Part shown: piece by piece, positions 30,368 through 38,345 of the stretch
How the letters are laid out: every line of letters begins with the position of its first letter
Position numbering within the stretch: the first letter of the stretch is position 1
Source of the DNA: Nitrospirota bacterium
GTDB taxonomy: Bacteria > Nitrospirota > Thermodesulfovibrionia > Thermodesulfovibrionales > JdFR-88
Length of the DNA: 64,000 nt
NCBI GenBank assembly: GCA_021789555.1
Contig: JAJYJK010000001.1
Location: 4,871-68,870, forward strand
Direction: 5' to 3'
Made by a program: the position numbers and the translations under genes
The notes under the pieces: generated by a model
What the model was told of the DNA's origin: nothing
Database searches by the model: none
The model's input: the letters and a program-made list of their open reading frames with translations, nothing else

Positions 30368-31267
30368 ATGAGCATGACGGAAAGCAGATACATATCGTGG
30401 CTTGAAAAAAAGGGGACCGCCCTTTTCAGGGCGGCTGGGACCTGTTGGACACTCTATCACGGGGCGCTTGTCCCCGCCTCGCCATTTCCGGATTACCACG
30501 ACCTGAATCCCGGCGAGGCCCGCTCATTATTGAAGGCATCGGGGGCCTGGTTCATCCGTTATTCGAGGGACCCGTGCAATCACGAAACCCCATGGTGGTA
30601 TGTGGTCTGCGACCATTATGACCCGGCGACCATCAATGCAAAGACCAGACAGAATATCAGGCGCGGCAGGCGCGAATGCGCCGTTAGGGAAGTTGACGCC
30701 ACGTGGCTCGCGGATCACGGATACCCCTGCTACGCCGCGGCATTCGTAAGGTACGGCGGCCGGAGACCCCTGTCGGAGGGCGGCTTCCAAAAAATGATAC
30801 TCGATACCCGTGAAGGCCCTTTTTCCTACTGGGGAGTGTTCCATGAAGGCCATCTCGCGGGGTACTGCCAATGCATCGTGGACGGCGGGCAGGTATCCAC
30901 AAACGTCACCAAATATCATCCGTCATATTTAAGGCACCGGAGCGCCTATGCGCTCATCGACGCGCTGATTCAAACATATGCGGTCGGCCGGGGCATGACG
31001 CTGAGCAATGGAAACAGGTCGATAGCGCATGGAACAAATTACCAGGATGTGCTCGAAAACCTAGGCTTTCGCAGACAGTTCTGCCGGCTGGCCGTCGTTT
31101 ATAACCCGTGGCTGGAACTTTGCATGGACGCCTTATATCCGCTGCGCCCAATTCTAAAGAGGCTGCCGGACAGGCATGTCATCCATGAAATTGGGGCCCT
31201 CATCCGCCAGGAAGAGATACGGAGGGCGAAGCCCGGCCCAGCAGTACAACTGAGTCCCAGAACATGA
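30368..31267 (+). CDS. GNAT/FemAB-like protein (divergent, copy 3?)
   Basis: The RQNIRRGRRECAV segment and the length and position next to a DegT-like gene resemble the FemAB-like copies. Similarity to copies 1 and 2 is weak by eye. Confidence 0.4.
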   Translation: MSMTESRYISWLEKKGTALFRAAGTCWTLYHGALVPASPFPDYHDLNPGEARSLLKASGAWFIRYSRDPCNHETPWWYVVCDHYDPATINAKTRQNIRRGRRECAVREVDATWLADHGYPCYAAAFVRYGGRRPLSEGGFQKMILDTREGPFSYWGVFHEGHLAGYCQCIVDGGQVSTNVTKYHPSYLRHRSAYALIDALIQTYAVGRGMTLSNGNRSIAHGTNYQDVLENLGFRRQFCRLAVVYNPWLELCMDALYPLRPILKRLPDRHVIHEIGALIRQEEIRRAKPGPAVQLSPRT

Positions 31268-32358
31268 CCGATGACCTCTTTTTTTACAAGGGACGCGTTG
31301 CCCTTTACGCCATCCTGAAATCCCTGGGCATCCGGGGGGGCGATGAAGTTATCCTCCCCGGGTTTACCTGCGTCGTCGTCCCCAATGCGGTGACCTATCT
31401 GGGCGCGAAACCGTGTTATGCAGACATCGACCCGCAGACCTACAATATCGCCCCGGAGAAGGTCCTCGGGAAGATAACCGGAAAGACACGCGCGATAATA
31501 GCCCAGCATACCTTCGGCATTCCGGCCGAGATGGATGAAATCATCAAGATCGCGAAAAAAAATCTTGTCCCCGTCATAGAAGACTCCTGTCATACCATCG
31601 GTTCGAGATATAAGGGCCGGGAAGTGGGGACATTCGGCGACGCGGCCTTCTTTTCATCCCAGTGGTCGAAGCCCGCCACTACCGGCCTTGGGGGATGGGT
31701 AAAGGCGAACAGGCCCGATCTTAAAGAGGCCCTTGAGCGGATATATCCGTTTTTTTCACGGCCCTCCATCAGGGACAGCCTGCTTTTGAGGATGCAATAT
31801 TTCCTGTATGCCGCGCTCTTCACGCCGTCTCTCTTCTGGTTTGCCAGGGACGCGTACAGGAAGTTGTCAAAATACGGGTTTGCAATAGGCTCATCGACAA
31901 TCGATGAATTGTCATGCAGTATGCCCGCCCAATACGCAAAAAGGATGACGAACTGGCAACAAAAACTGCTGGCGCAAAAATTGTCCCGCATCGCCGATGT
32001 CATCGAACACAGGAAATGGGTAGCTTCCCAATACCAGAGACTGCTGCCGCAGGCGGGCTTTACGCTGCCTGAACTGCCCGGTCGTTACGAGAGTGTTTTT
32101 TTGAGATATCCAGTGCGCGTGAGCGACAAGCAGGGGGTACTGGAGTCCGCAAGACTAAACCGGCTCGAAATCGGGGATTGGTTTGTTTCACCCGTGCATC
32201 CGAACCTGGCGGGATGGGAGAAGATAGCCTACGAAAAAGGCATGTGCCCGAATGGGGAGATGGCGAGCGCACAGACAATTAATCTGCCCACTCATATGCG
32301 CATAGGGGCGGCGGAGATAGAAAAGACCGTTGCCCTGCTGTCTAATTTCATCAATTGA
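31264..32358 (+). CDS. DegT/DnrJ/EryC1/StrS-family PLP-dependent enzyme
   Basis: GRVALYAILKSLGIRGGDEVILPGFTCVVVPNAV, AIIAQHTFGIPAEM, EDSCHTIG, FFSSQWSKPATTGLGG (candidate Lys). It resembles 3269-4648. Confidence 0.7.
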   Translation: MTDDLFFYKGRVALYAILKSLGIRGGDEVILPGFTCVVVPNAVTYLGAKPCYADIDPQTYNIAPEKVLGKITGKTRAIIAQHTFGIPAEMDEIIKIAKKNLVPVIEDSCHTIGSRYKGREVGTFGDAAFFSSQWSKPATTGLGGWVKANRPDLKEALERIYPFFSRPSIRDSLLLRMQYFLYAALFTPSLFWFARDAYRKLSKYGFAIGSSTIDELSCSMPAQYAKRMTNWQQKLLAQKLSRIADVIEHRKWVASQYQRLLPQAGFTLPELPGRYESVFLRYPVRVSDKQGVLESARLNRLEIGDWFVSPVHPNLAGWEKIAYEKGMCPNGEMASAQTINLPTHMRIGAAEIEKTVALLSNFIN

Positions 32359-32435
32359 AACGCGCATACCGGACGCGCATTCATATCGTGCATCCATACC
32401 GCGGGATCCATTGCATTTTATCGTTAAAATCCCTC

Positions 32436-32464
32436 TTGACATCCGGCCCGAAAAGCACTAGGTT
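32436..32464 (+). promoter_or_regulatory. Possible sigma70 promoter ahead of the NRPS-like gene
   Basis: Perfect -35 TTGACA (32436-32441), a 17-nt spacer and a weak -10 TAGGTT (32459-32464). It would give a leader of about 220 nt. Confidence 0.3.
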
Positions 32465-32689
32465 ATAGCTTGTAAGACCTCGCCTCATCTGATATTGACT
32501 CAAAAAAAAGCGGCAATCACAGCAGAAGCGTCACCTCTTCGGCATCGCACCGGCAACCCATTCGCGGCAGGCGGCTTCTTGCCGACGGGTAAAGCGGCCG
32601 GGACAGACGACCCGGGCAGGGCGCAGGTTCGTCGTGATGCCTTCGAACATCCAAATGCGAGGGGCAAACCCCGCCTTTGCGGGAGGCGT

Positions 32690-35323
32690 ATGACGGCTAA
32701 AAAGGGGCCTGACAAACCATTCGTTGAATTCGGGAAGACTGAAACCGATCAATCCATTGTCGAGCGTTTCGAGCAGCAGGTGGCCCGATATCCCTCCCGG
32801 CTCGCCGTAAAGACAAAGACTGCGCGGCTCACCTATGCCGAATTGAACCGGACCGTCAACCGTATCGCGCGGGACATAGTGGAACGGTTTGGCCGGGAAA
32901 ACGAACCCGTTGCGGTCTTCCTCGACCAGGGGGCGCAGCTCATATCCGCAATACTAGCCGCATTGAAGGCGGGCAAATCCTATGTCGCACTGGACACCTC
33001 CTTCCCCCATTCAAAAAACGCCTCCGTGGTGGACCACTGCCGGCCGGGGATTGTCCTTACCGACAGGGACCATTACCCTGCCGCCCGCAGGCTTGCCGGC
33101 AATACGCCGCTGCTGATTATCGATGAGGTCAGCCCCCTGTATTCCCCCAGGAACCTCTACCTGCCCATTCCCCCGGAGACGACCGCCTATATTATCTATA
33201 CGTCCGGTTCCACCGGCGAGCCCAAAGGGGTGTATCAGGACCACAGGAATGTGCTCCATAACGTCATGAGATGCACCAACATGCTGCATATGGCCGCGGA
33301 TGACCGCCTGTGCCTCCTCTGGTCCTGCAGCTTCGCGGCATCGGTGCCAAACATATTCGGCGCCCTTCTAAACGGCGCGGCCCTGTTGCCTTTCGACCTG
33401 AGGAAAGAGGGGATTGTCAAACTGGCCGAATGGCTCATAAAAGAAGATATCTCCATTTATCATTCGGTCCCGACCGTTTACCGCCATTTCCTTTCCACGC
33501 TGACCGGAAGGGAAAATTTTTACAGACTTCGCCTGATCAAGCTGTCGGGCGAACCCGTTTTGAGGAGTGATGTGGAGCTCTACCGGAGGCATTTTCACGA
33601 AGACTGCGTCTTTCACGTGTCATATGCGTCCACGGAGACGAATATTGTCCGCCAGTTTTTTTGCGACCATCACACCGCATTCAGCGGCGACATAGTGCCG
33701 GCCGGATATGAAGTGGAAGATATGGAGGTCTTGCTGCTTGATGAGGACGGCAAAGAGGTCCAGGCCAACTGTGAAGGCGAGATAGCTGTCAGAAGCCGTT
33801 ACCTTCCCCCGGCCTATTATCGAAAAGAAGACCCGGCCGAATCGCCGTTCAAGCCCGATGGGACCGGCGGACACCGCCGCATTTACAGGACCGGGGACAT
33901 CGGGCTTATGCTTCCGGACGGATGCCTGGTCCACCTCGGACGAAAAGACATGCAGGTAAAGATAAGGGGGTATCGGGTCGAAGTCAGCGAAGTCGAGGAG
34001 GCCCTGAACGAACTTGCCGCGGTAAAGGAGGCGGCCGTCGCGGGCCGTGATGATCATTATGGCGGCAAGTTTCTGGCGGCGTATGTGGTCCCTCATAAGG
34101 GCAAGGCCATAACGGCCGGCGAGCTTCGCATCGCCCTTAAAGACAGACTCCCCGATTACATGGTGCCTTCACGCTTTGTCCTTCTGGAGGCCATGCCCCT
34201 TACTCTAAGCGGCAAGATTGACAGAATGGCGCTGCCGGACCCGGAGCGCGAGGGGCCGCAGCTCGATAACGCTTATGCCGCTCCGCGCACGCCGACAGAA
34301 ATAATGCTGGCCGGCATCTGGCGAAAAATTTTGAGGATAAAGCGGGTGGGCGCGGCTGATAACTTCTTCGAGCTGGGAGGGCATTCCCTGCTTGTGGCGA
34401 GACTGGCGGCTGAGATCAGGAAAAAGACGGGCAGGACGCTGCCCATTGTTGCGATACTGCAGTCCCCGACAATTAAGCAGTTGGCCAAAATCCTTCAGGC
34501 AGAAGGGTCCCCATCCAAGTTTCCATCGATACTGGTCCGGGCAGGCGGCTCAAGACCACCTTTTTTTTGGGTGGGCATCAATACTTATCGGCCGCCTTAT
34601 CTGGGCCCCGAGCAGCCGGTGTACGGGATCATCCTCCAAGGTGATTACGGGAAGCCCATCGTTTACAGGTCCGTTGAAGAGCTGGCTGCCCACCACCTGG
34701 ATGAAATAAGGACTGTACAGCCAAAAGGTCCATATTCGCTGGGCGGCTATTGCTTCAGCGGCCTGGTGGCTTTTGAGATGGCCCAGCAGCTGTTCAGGCA
34801 GGGGGAAGAAGTGTCGTTATTGTGCCTCGTCGAACCTCTCACGCACTGCCTGCCTTCATGCAATGGGGCATCCAATGTCTCATTAATATCCAGGGTGAAA
34901 TCTCTGGGCGCGAAACTGGCGCTTTTGAGGAGCGCCGAGAAAAGGACATCCGCATTAAGTTTTATTTCCCGCACGATAACGGGAAATATCCATTTCGCTT
35001 TCTGCCAGACTTATATTTCTCTCGGATATCCGGTCCCCCGCCGCTTCAGGGATTTCTATCGCCTGCATACAGCCGGAAGGTATGTCTCCGGCGCTTATCC
35101 CGGCAGGGCGGCCGTGTTTTTGAGAGAAAAAAGGCGCGACGCGGACTGGAGCGGACTTGGCGCCAAGGGAACATATGTCCATGAGGTAATCGGCACAGTG
35201 CATCATACCATGCTGGACGAACCTTATGCGGGAATATGGACCAGACAGCTAAACCGTTATCTGAGCGATATCGAGGCTGATGAAAAGATAGATAGCCATG
35301 ATACAGAAATGGTTTTATCCTAA
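32690..35323 (+). CDS. Single-module NRPS-like enzyme: adenylation - thiolation - thioesterase
   Basis: The ATG at 32690 is preceded by gggagg.
- A-domain cores: YIIYTSGSTGEPKGV, YRTGDIG, GRKDMQVKIRGYRVE, LSGKIDR.
- Carrier motif: FFELGGHSLL (Ser codon 34385-34387).
- TE: PPFFWVG, GGYCFSGLVAFEMA, GTVHHTM.

The ORF-track start at 32495 (TTG) adds a low-complexity stretch and was not used. Confidence 0.85.
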   Translation: MTAKKGPDKPFVEFGKTETDQSIVERFEQQVARYPSRLAVKTKTARLTYAELNRTVNRIARDIVERFGRENEPVAVFLDQGAQLISAILAALKAGKSYVALDTSFPHSKNASVVDHCRPGIVLTDRDHYPAARRLAGNTPLLIIDEVSPLYSPRNLYLPIPPETTAYIIYTSGSTGEPKGVYQDHRNVLHNVMRCTNMLHMAADDRLCLLWSCSFAASVPNIFGALLNGAALLPFDLRKEGIVKLAEWLIKEDISIYHSVPTVYRHFLSTLTGRENFYRLRLIKLSGEPVLRSDVELYRRHFHEDCVFHVSYASTETNIVRQFFCDHHTAFSGDIVPAGYEVEDMEVLLLDEDGKEVQANCEGEIAVRSRYLPPAYYRKEDPAESPFKPDGTGGHRRIYRTGDIGLMLPDGCLVHLGRKDMQVKIRGYRVEVSEVEEALNELAAVKEAAVAGRDDHYGGKFLAAYVVPHKGKAITAGELRIALKDRLPDYMVPSRFVLLEAMPLTLSGKIDRMALPDPEREGPQLDNAYAAPRTPTEIMLAGIWRKILRIKRVGAADNFFELGGHSLLVARLAAEIRKKTGRTLPIVAILQSPTIKQLAKILQAEGSPSKFPSILVRAGGSRPPFFWVGINTYRPPYLGPEQPVYGIILQGDYGKPIVYRSVEELAAHHLDEIRTVQPKGPYSLGGYCFSGLVAFEMAQQLFRQGEEVSLLCLVEPLTHCLPSCNGASNVSLISRVKSLGAKLALLRSAEKRTSALSFISRTITGNIHFAFCQTYISLGYPVPRRFRDFYRLHTAGRYVSGAYPGRAAVFLREKRRDADWSGLGAKGTYVHEVIGTVHHTMLDEPYAGIWTRQLNRYLSDIEADEKIDSHDTEMVLS

Positions 35324-36041
35324 AGGGAGTCCCCGCGCCGCGTGGCCTGTCCCTCCCGATGTCTTGAGGCTGAAAAAAAACGAAGCCCATCTGTGGCTGG
35401 CTTCCTTGGACATGCCGTCAGTTCATGTGGAAATGCTGCGGCAAACCCTTGCGGCGGATGAATCGGGAAGGGCCGCGCGTTTCCGTTTCCCCGGAGACAG
35501 GGACCACTATATCGCGTCGCGCGGATTGCTCAGGACCATCCTGGGCGGGTATCTGAACATGAAACCGGAAAAACTCCGTTTCCGCTACGGGCCGTATGGA
35601 AAGCCGGAGCTTGCGGAAAATGCCCACGGGGAAACGCTCCGTTTCAGTGTCTCACATTCCCGCGGCCTCGCCCTGTACGCCATCGCCCTGGGGCACAGGA
35701 TAGGTGTGGACATCGAATATATTTGTCCCGGCCCCATAGCCGAGGACATCATCATCGCCGGGCAATTCTTTTCGCCCCTGGAAAACATCCTGCTTAAGGC
35801 ATGCCCCGAGCATGCGCGAAAGCGGTTTTTTTTCACGCTCTGGACGCGAAAAGAGGCCTATCTGAAGGCACGGGGGACCGGGCTTGCGGAGGACGGCGCC
35901 CTTCGCAAAGCGGACCGGCAAGCCCTGTGGTCATTTACGGACCTCCGCATCGCTCCGGGATATGCCGCTTCCATTGCCGTCGACGGACGGGACATCCGCT
36001 TCCGGCGCCTGGATTGGGTGAACAGCCCGCCGCGAATATGA
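35298..36041 (+). CDS. Sfp-type 4'-phosphopantetheinyl transferase
   Basis: FRFPGDRDHYIASRGLLR, YGPYGKPEL, FSVSHSRGLA, GVDIE, FFTLWTRKEAYLKARGTG. It overlaps the NRPS-like gene by 26 nt. Confidence 0.8.
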   Translation: MIQKWFYPKGSPRAAWPVPPDVLRLKKNEAHLWLASLDMPSVHVEMLRQTLAADESGRAARFRFPGDRDHYIASRGLLRTILGGYLNMKPEKLRFRYGPYGKPELAENAHGETLRFSVSHSRGLALYAIALGHRIGVDIEYICPGPIAEDIIIAGQFFSPLENILLKACPEHARKRFFFTLWTRKEAYLKARGTGLAEDGALRKADRQALWSFTDLRIAPGYAASIAVDGRDIRFRRLDWVNSPPRI

Positions 36042-37019
36042 TTGCTTGTTAAGGGTCCGCGCGGCATCTTTCGCATAATATGATATTATCAGGTTCGCCC
36101 CCGCCCTCTTGCAGGCAACAAGCGCCTCCTGCATGACCGCCTCGAAGTCCAGCCGGCCCGCCGCCGCCGCCGTCCGCACCATGGCGTATTCGCCGCTCAC
36201 GTTGTATACCGCCAGGGGCAGATCGAACCGCTGCCTGGCGCGGTAAACGACATCGAGGTAAAACAGGGCGGGCTTTATCATGATGATGTCCGCTCCCTCT
36301 TCAATATCCAGGGCTATCTCCCGCATCGCCTCGTTCGAATTGGCAAAATCCATCTGGTGCGACTTTTTATCCCCGAAGGCAACCGGTGACTGGGTGCCGT
36401 GCCTGAAGAAAGGCTCGTAAAGCCCGGAGGCATATTTTGCCGCGTACGCCATTATGACCGCCTCGTGGCGTCCGTGCTCCTCGAGCGTGTTTCTGATGGC
36501 GCGAATCTGCCCGTCCATCATCCCGGCCGGGGCAACGACATCGGCGCCCGCCTCCACATGGGAAAGCGCGATCTTCGCGACTATCTCCGTTGTGGAGTCG
36601 TTAACGATATATCCATTGCTGATAATGCCGCAGTGCCCGTGCGGCGTGTGTTCGCAAAGACACACATCGGTGATTATCACCATGTCGGGCACGACGCTCC
36701 TGATCGCCCGTACCGCCCGCTGGACAATGCCGTCAGGCGCATATGCACCCGCCGCCCTTTCATCCTTCCCCTGCGGTATGCCGAAAAGCAGCACGGCGGG
36801 AATGCCCAGGTCGCTGAGTTCCCCGGCCTCTTCGACAAGCATATCGACGGAGAGATGATAATTGCCGGCAATAGAGGGTATTTCGCGCCGTATCCCCTTC
36901 CCTTCTACAACAAACAGCGGCTGCACAAGATCGCTTACGGCCACGCCTGTCTCACGCACCATCCTCCTCATGTTCCCGCTTTTTCTCAACCTTCTCAATC
37001 TCTGCGCCGGAAAGCCCAT
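35931..37019 (-). CDS. hemB: Porphobilinogen synthase (delta-aminolevulinate dehydratase)
   Basis: RLRRLR, PLFV, DVCLCEHTPHGHCG, MMDGQI, IMIKPALFYLDVV, YNVSGEYAM, IISYYAKDAA. It carries about 35 extra C-terminal residues that overlap the PPTase gene. Confidence 0.9.
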   Translation of the reverse strand: MGFPAQRLRRLRKSGNMRRMVRETGVAVSDLVQPLFVVEGKGIRREIPSIAGNYHLSVDMLVEEAGELSDLGIPAVLLFGIPQGKDERAAGAYAPDGIVQRAVRAIRSVVPDMVIITDVCLCEHTPHGHCGIISNGYIVNDSTTEIVAKIALSHVEAGADVVAPAGMMDGQIRAIRNTLEEHGRHEAVIMAYAAKYASGLYEPFFRHGTQSPVAFGDKKSHQMDFANSNEAMREIALDIEEGADIIMIKPALFYLDVVYRARQRFDLPLAVYNVSGEYAMVRTAAAAGRLDFEAVMQEALVACKRAGANLIISYYAKDAARTLNKQSYSRRAVHPIQAPEADVPSVDGNGSGISRSDAEVRK

Positions 37020-37094
37020 AATACCCTCCTTTAAGTGGTCCCTTTTTTTGTACGCTTCGCCGTTTTTAAAATATAACAGCTGAAATCAGCCCGA

Positions 37095-37649
37095 CTAAAT
37101 TTTGCTCAAGGCAACAGACATGGAGGTGAAATCCGGGTACTGCCGGTCTTTTTCCGAGATCGTGGAGACCTTCAGGGGCCATTTTATCTCGAAGAGGGGA
37201 TCGTCCCATCTGATCCCCCTTGAAAATTCGGGCATGTAGAACTGCGTCATCTGATAAAAGACCTCGGTATTGTCACGGAGGGTCATAAACCCGTTGGCAA
37301 ACCCTTCCGGGATGTAGAGGAGCCTCCTGTTTTTCTGGGTCAGTTCCACCGGCATCCACTGCTGGCAGGTCGGGGATTCCGGACGCAAATCCACAATGAC
37401 GTCGTAGATCGCGCCCATCGTGCACCTGATGAGTTTTGCCTCGCTGTACGGGTCCGCCTGGTAGTGAAGCCCGCGCAACGTGCCCCTTTTCTTGTTAAAG
37501 GAGATATTGGATTGAACGGGTTTTTTACATATCCCCAGCATCTCGAATTCGCGCTGGCACCACGAACGGGCAAAAAACCCGTGATCGTCCGTCAGCTTGT
37601 CGGGCTCCACGATAAATGCGCCGTCTAGTCTGGTTTTGACGAATTTCAT
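37095..37649 (-). CDS. rfbC: dTDP-4-dehydrorhamnose 3,5-epimerase-like cupin (RmlC family)
   Basis: DDHGFFARSW, RGTLRGLHYQ, AKLIRCTMGAIYDVIVDLR, YIPEGFANGF, IRWDDP. Confidence 0.85.
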   Translation of the reverse strand: MKFVKTRLDGAFIVEPDKLTDDHGFFARSWCQREFEMLGICKKPVQSNISFNKKRGTLRGLHYQADPYSEAKLIRCTMGAIYDVIVDLRPESPTCQQWMPVELTQKNRRLLYIPEGFANGFMTLRDNTEVFYQMTQFYMPEFSRGIRWDDPLFEIKWPLKVSTISEKDRQYPDFTSMSVALSKI

Positions 37650-37838
37650 CTGGGAAACCCCGGCCCGGGGATGGGCCCCGCGGACCGCCCGCCATGGTTG
37701 CGGATGTGCGGCATCCGCTCAGTTGCCCCTCCTATCACGCGCAGTGCGGATATGGCCCTGCCCCCCTTCGCATTTTCGCGCCACGGATGCATTCAATGGA
37801 GACACACTGGTGAATTGCAATTTGCATGCCCGCGCGCC

Positions 37839-38219
37839 TCACATGATCCTGTAGCCTTCGGGGCCGGCGGAGGGCCGCAGGAAAAAATGCCTTACAAGAT
37901 TTTTGAATTTCCGGTAATCGAGGGGTTTTAAAAGGCAGCAGGAATTTTTCAGACCTTCGAGTATCTTTAACAGTTCACTGTTTATATGGTCCGAAAGTAT
38001 GATTACCGGCACTTCAAGTCCCTTTACCTGCTCTAAAATCGCGCTTCCGAAGGGATAACTCGTAATTATGAGGCCGAGGCCGCCCCGGGCCAGCATCGGG
38101 GGAAGCAGGGCGGGATCGGCCTCGGCACGGCTGTCGAAACCCTCCGTGGCCAGAATGGCCTGACAGATGCGGGAAAACCTGGCCTCGTCAAATATGAGGA
38201 TGCTTTTGTCCGTGATCAT
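37839..38219 (-). CDS. Receiver-like domain protein lacking the phospho-acceptor Asp (pseudo-receiver)
   Basis: SILIFDEARF (acidic pocket), GLIITSYPFG where canonical receivers have D-x-x-M-P, VIILSDH (Thr/Ser position) and CLLKP (Lys). The start was taken at the internal ATG (MITDKS). The ORF-track start at 38291 is possible. Confidence 0.45.
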   Translation of the reverse strand: MITDKSILIFDEARFSRICQAILATEGFDSRAEADPALLPPMLARGGLGLIITSYPFGSAILEQVKGLEVPVIILSDHINSELLKILEGLKNSCCLLKPLDYRKFKNLVRHFFLRPSAGPEGYRIM

Positions 38220-38345
38220 CTCCGGTCGGGCGCTCCGCTGTTCCGCCCCATGTGTATTTTGGATACAGGACTGCGCCGGTTTGCCCGGCACCCTGTTTAC
38301 AACGGAAACAGAGAAACAGACGGAAAAAAAACTTTCTTCTTCGGT

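Noticed and set aside
32540-32680. Strings reminiscent of the GEMM-I c-di-GMP riboswitch (GGCAACCCATTCG, GACGGGTAAAGCGGCCGGG, GAGGGGCAAACCCC) in the leader of the NRPS-like gene.
   Set aside because: The conserved ACGCAAAGC core and the expected P1/P2 pairing cannot be reconstructed by eye. The resemblance may be chance in GC-rich sequence and needs a covariance-model search before any claim.
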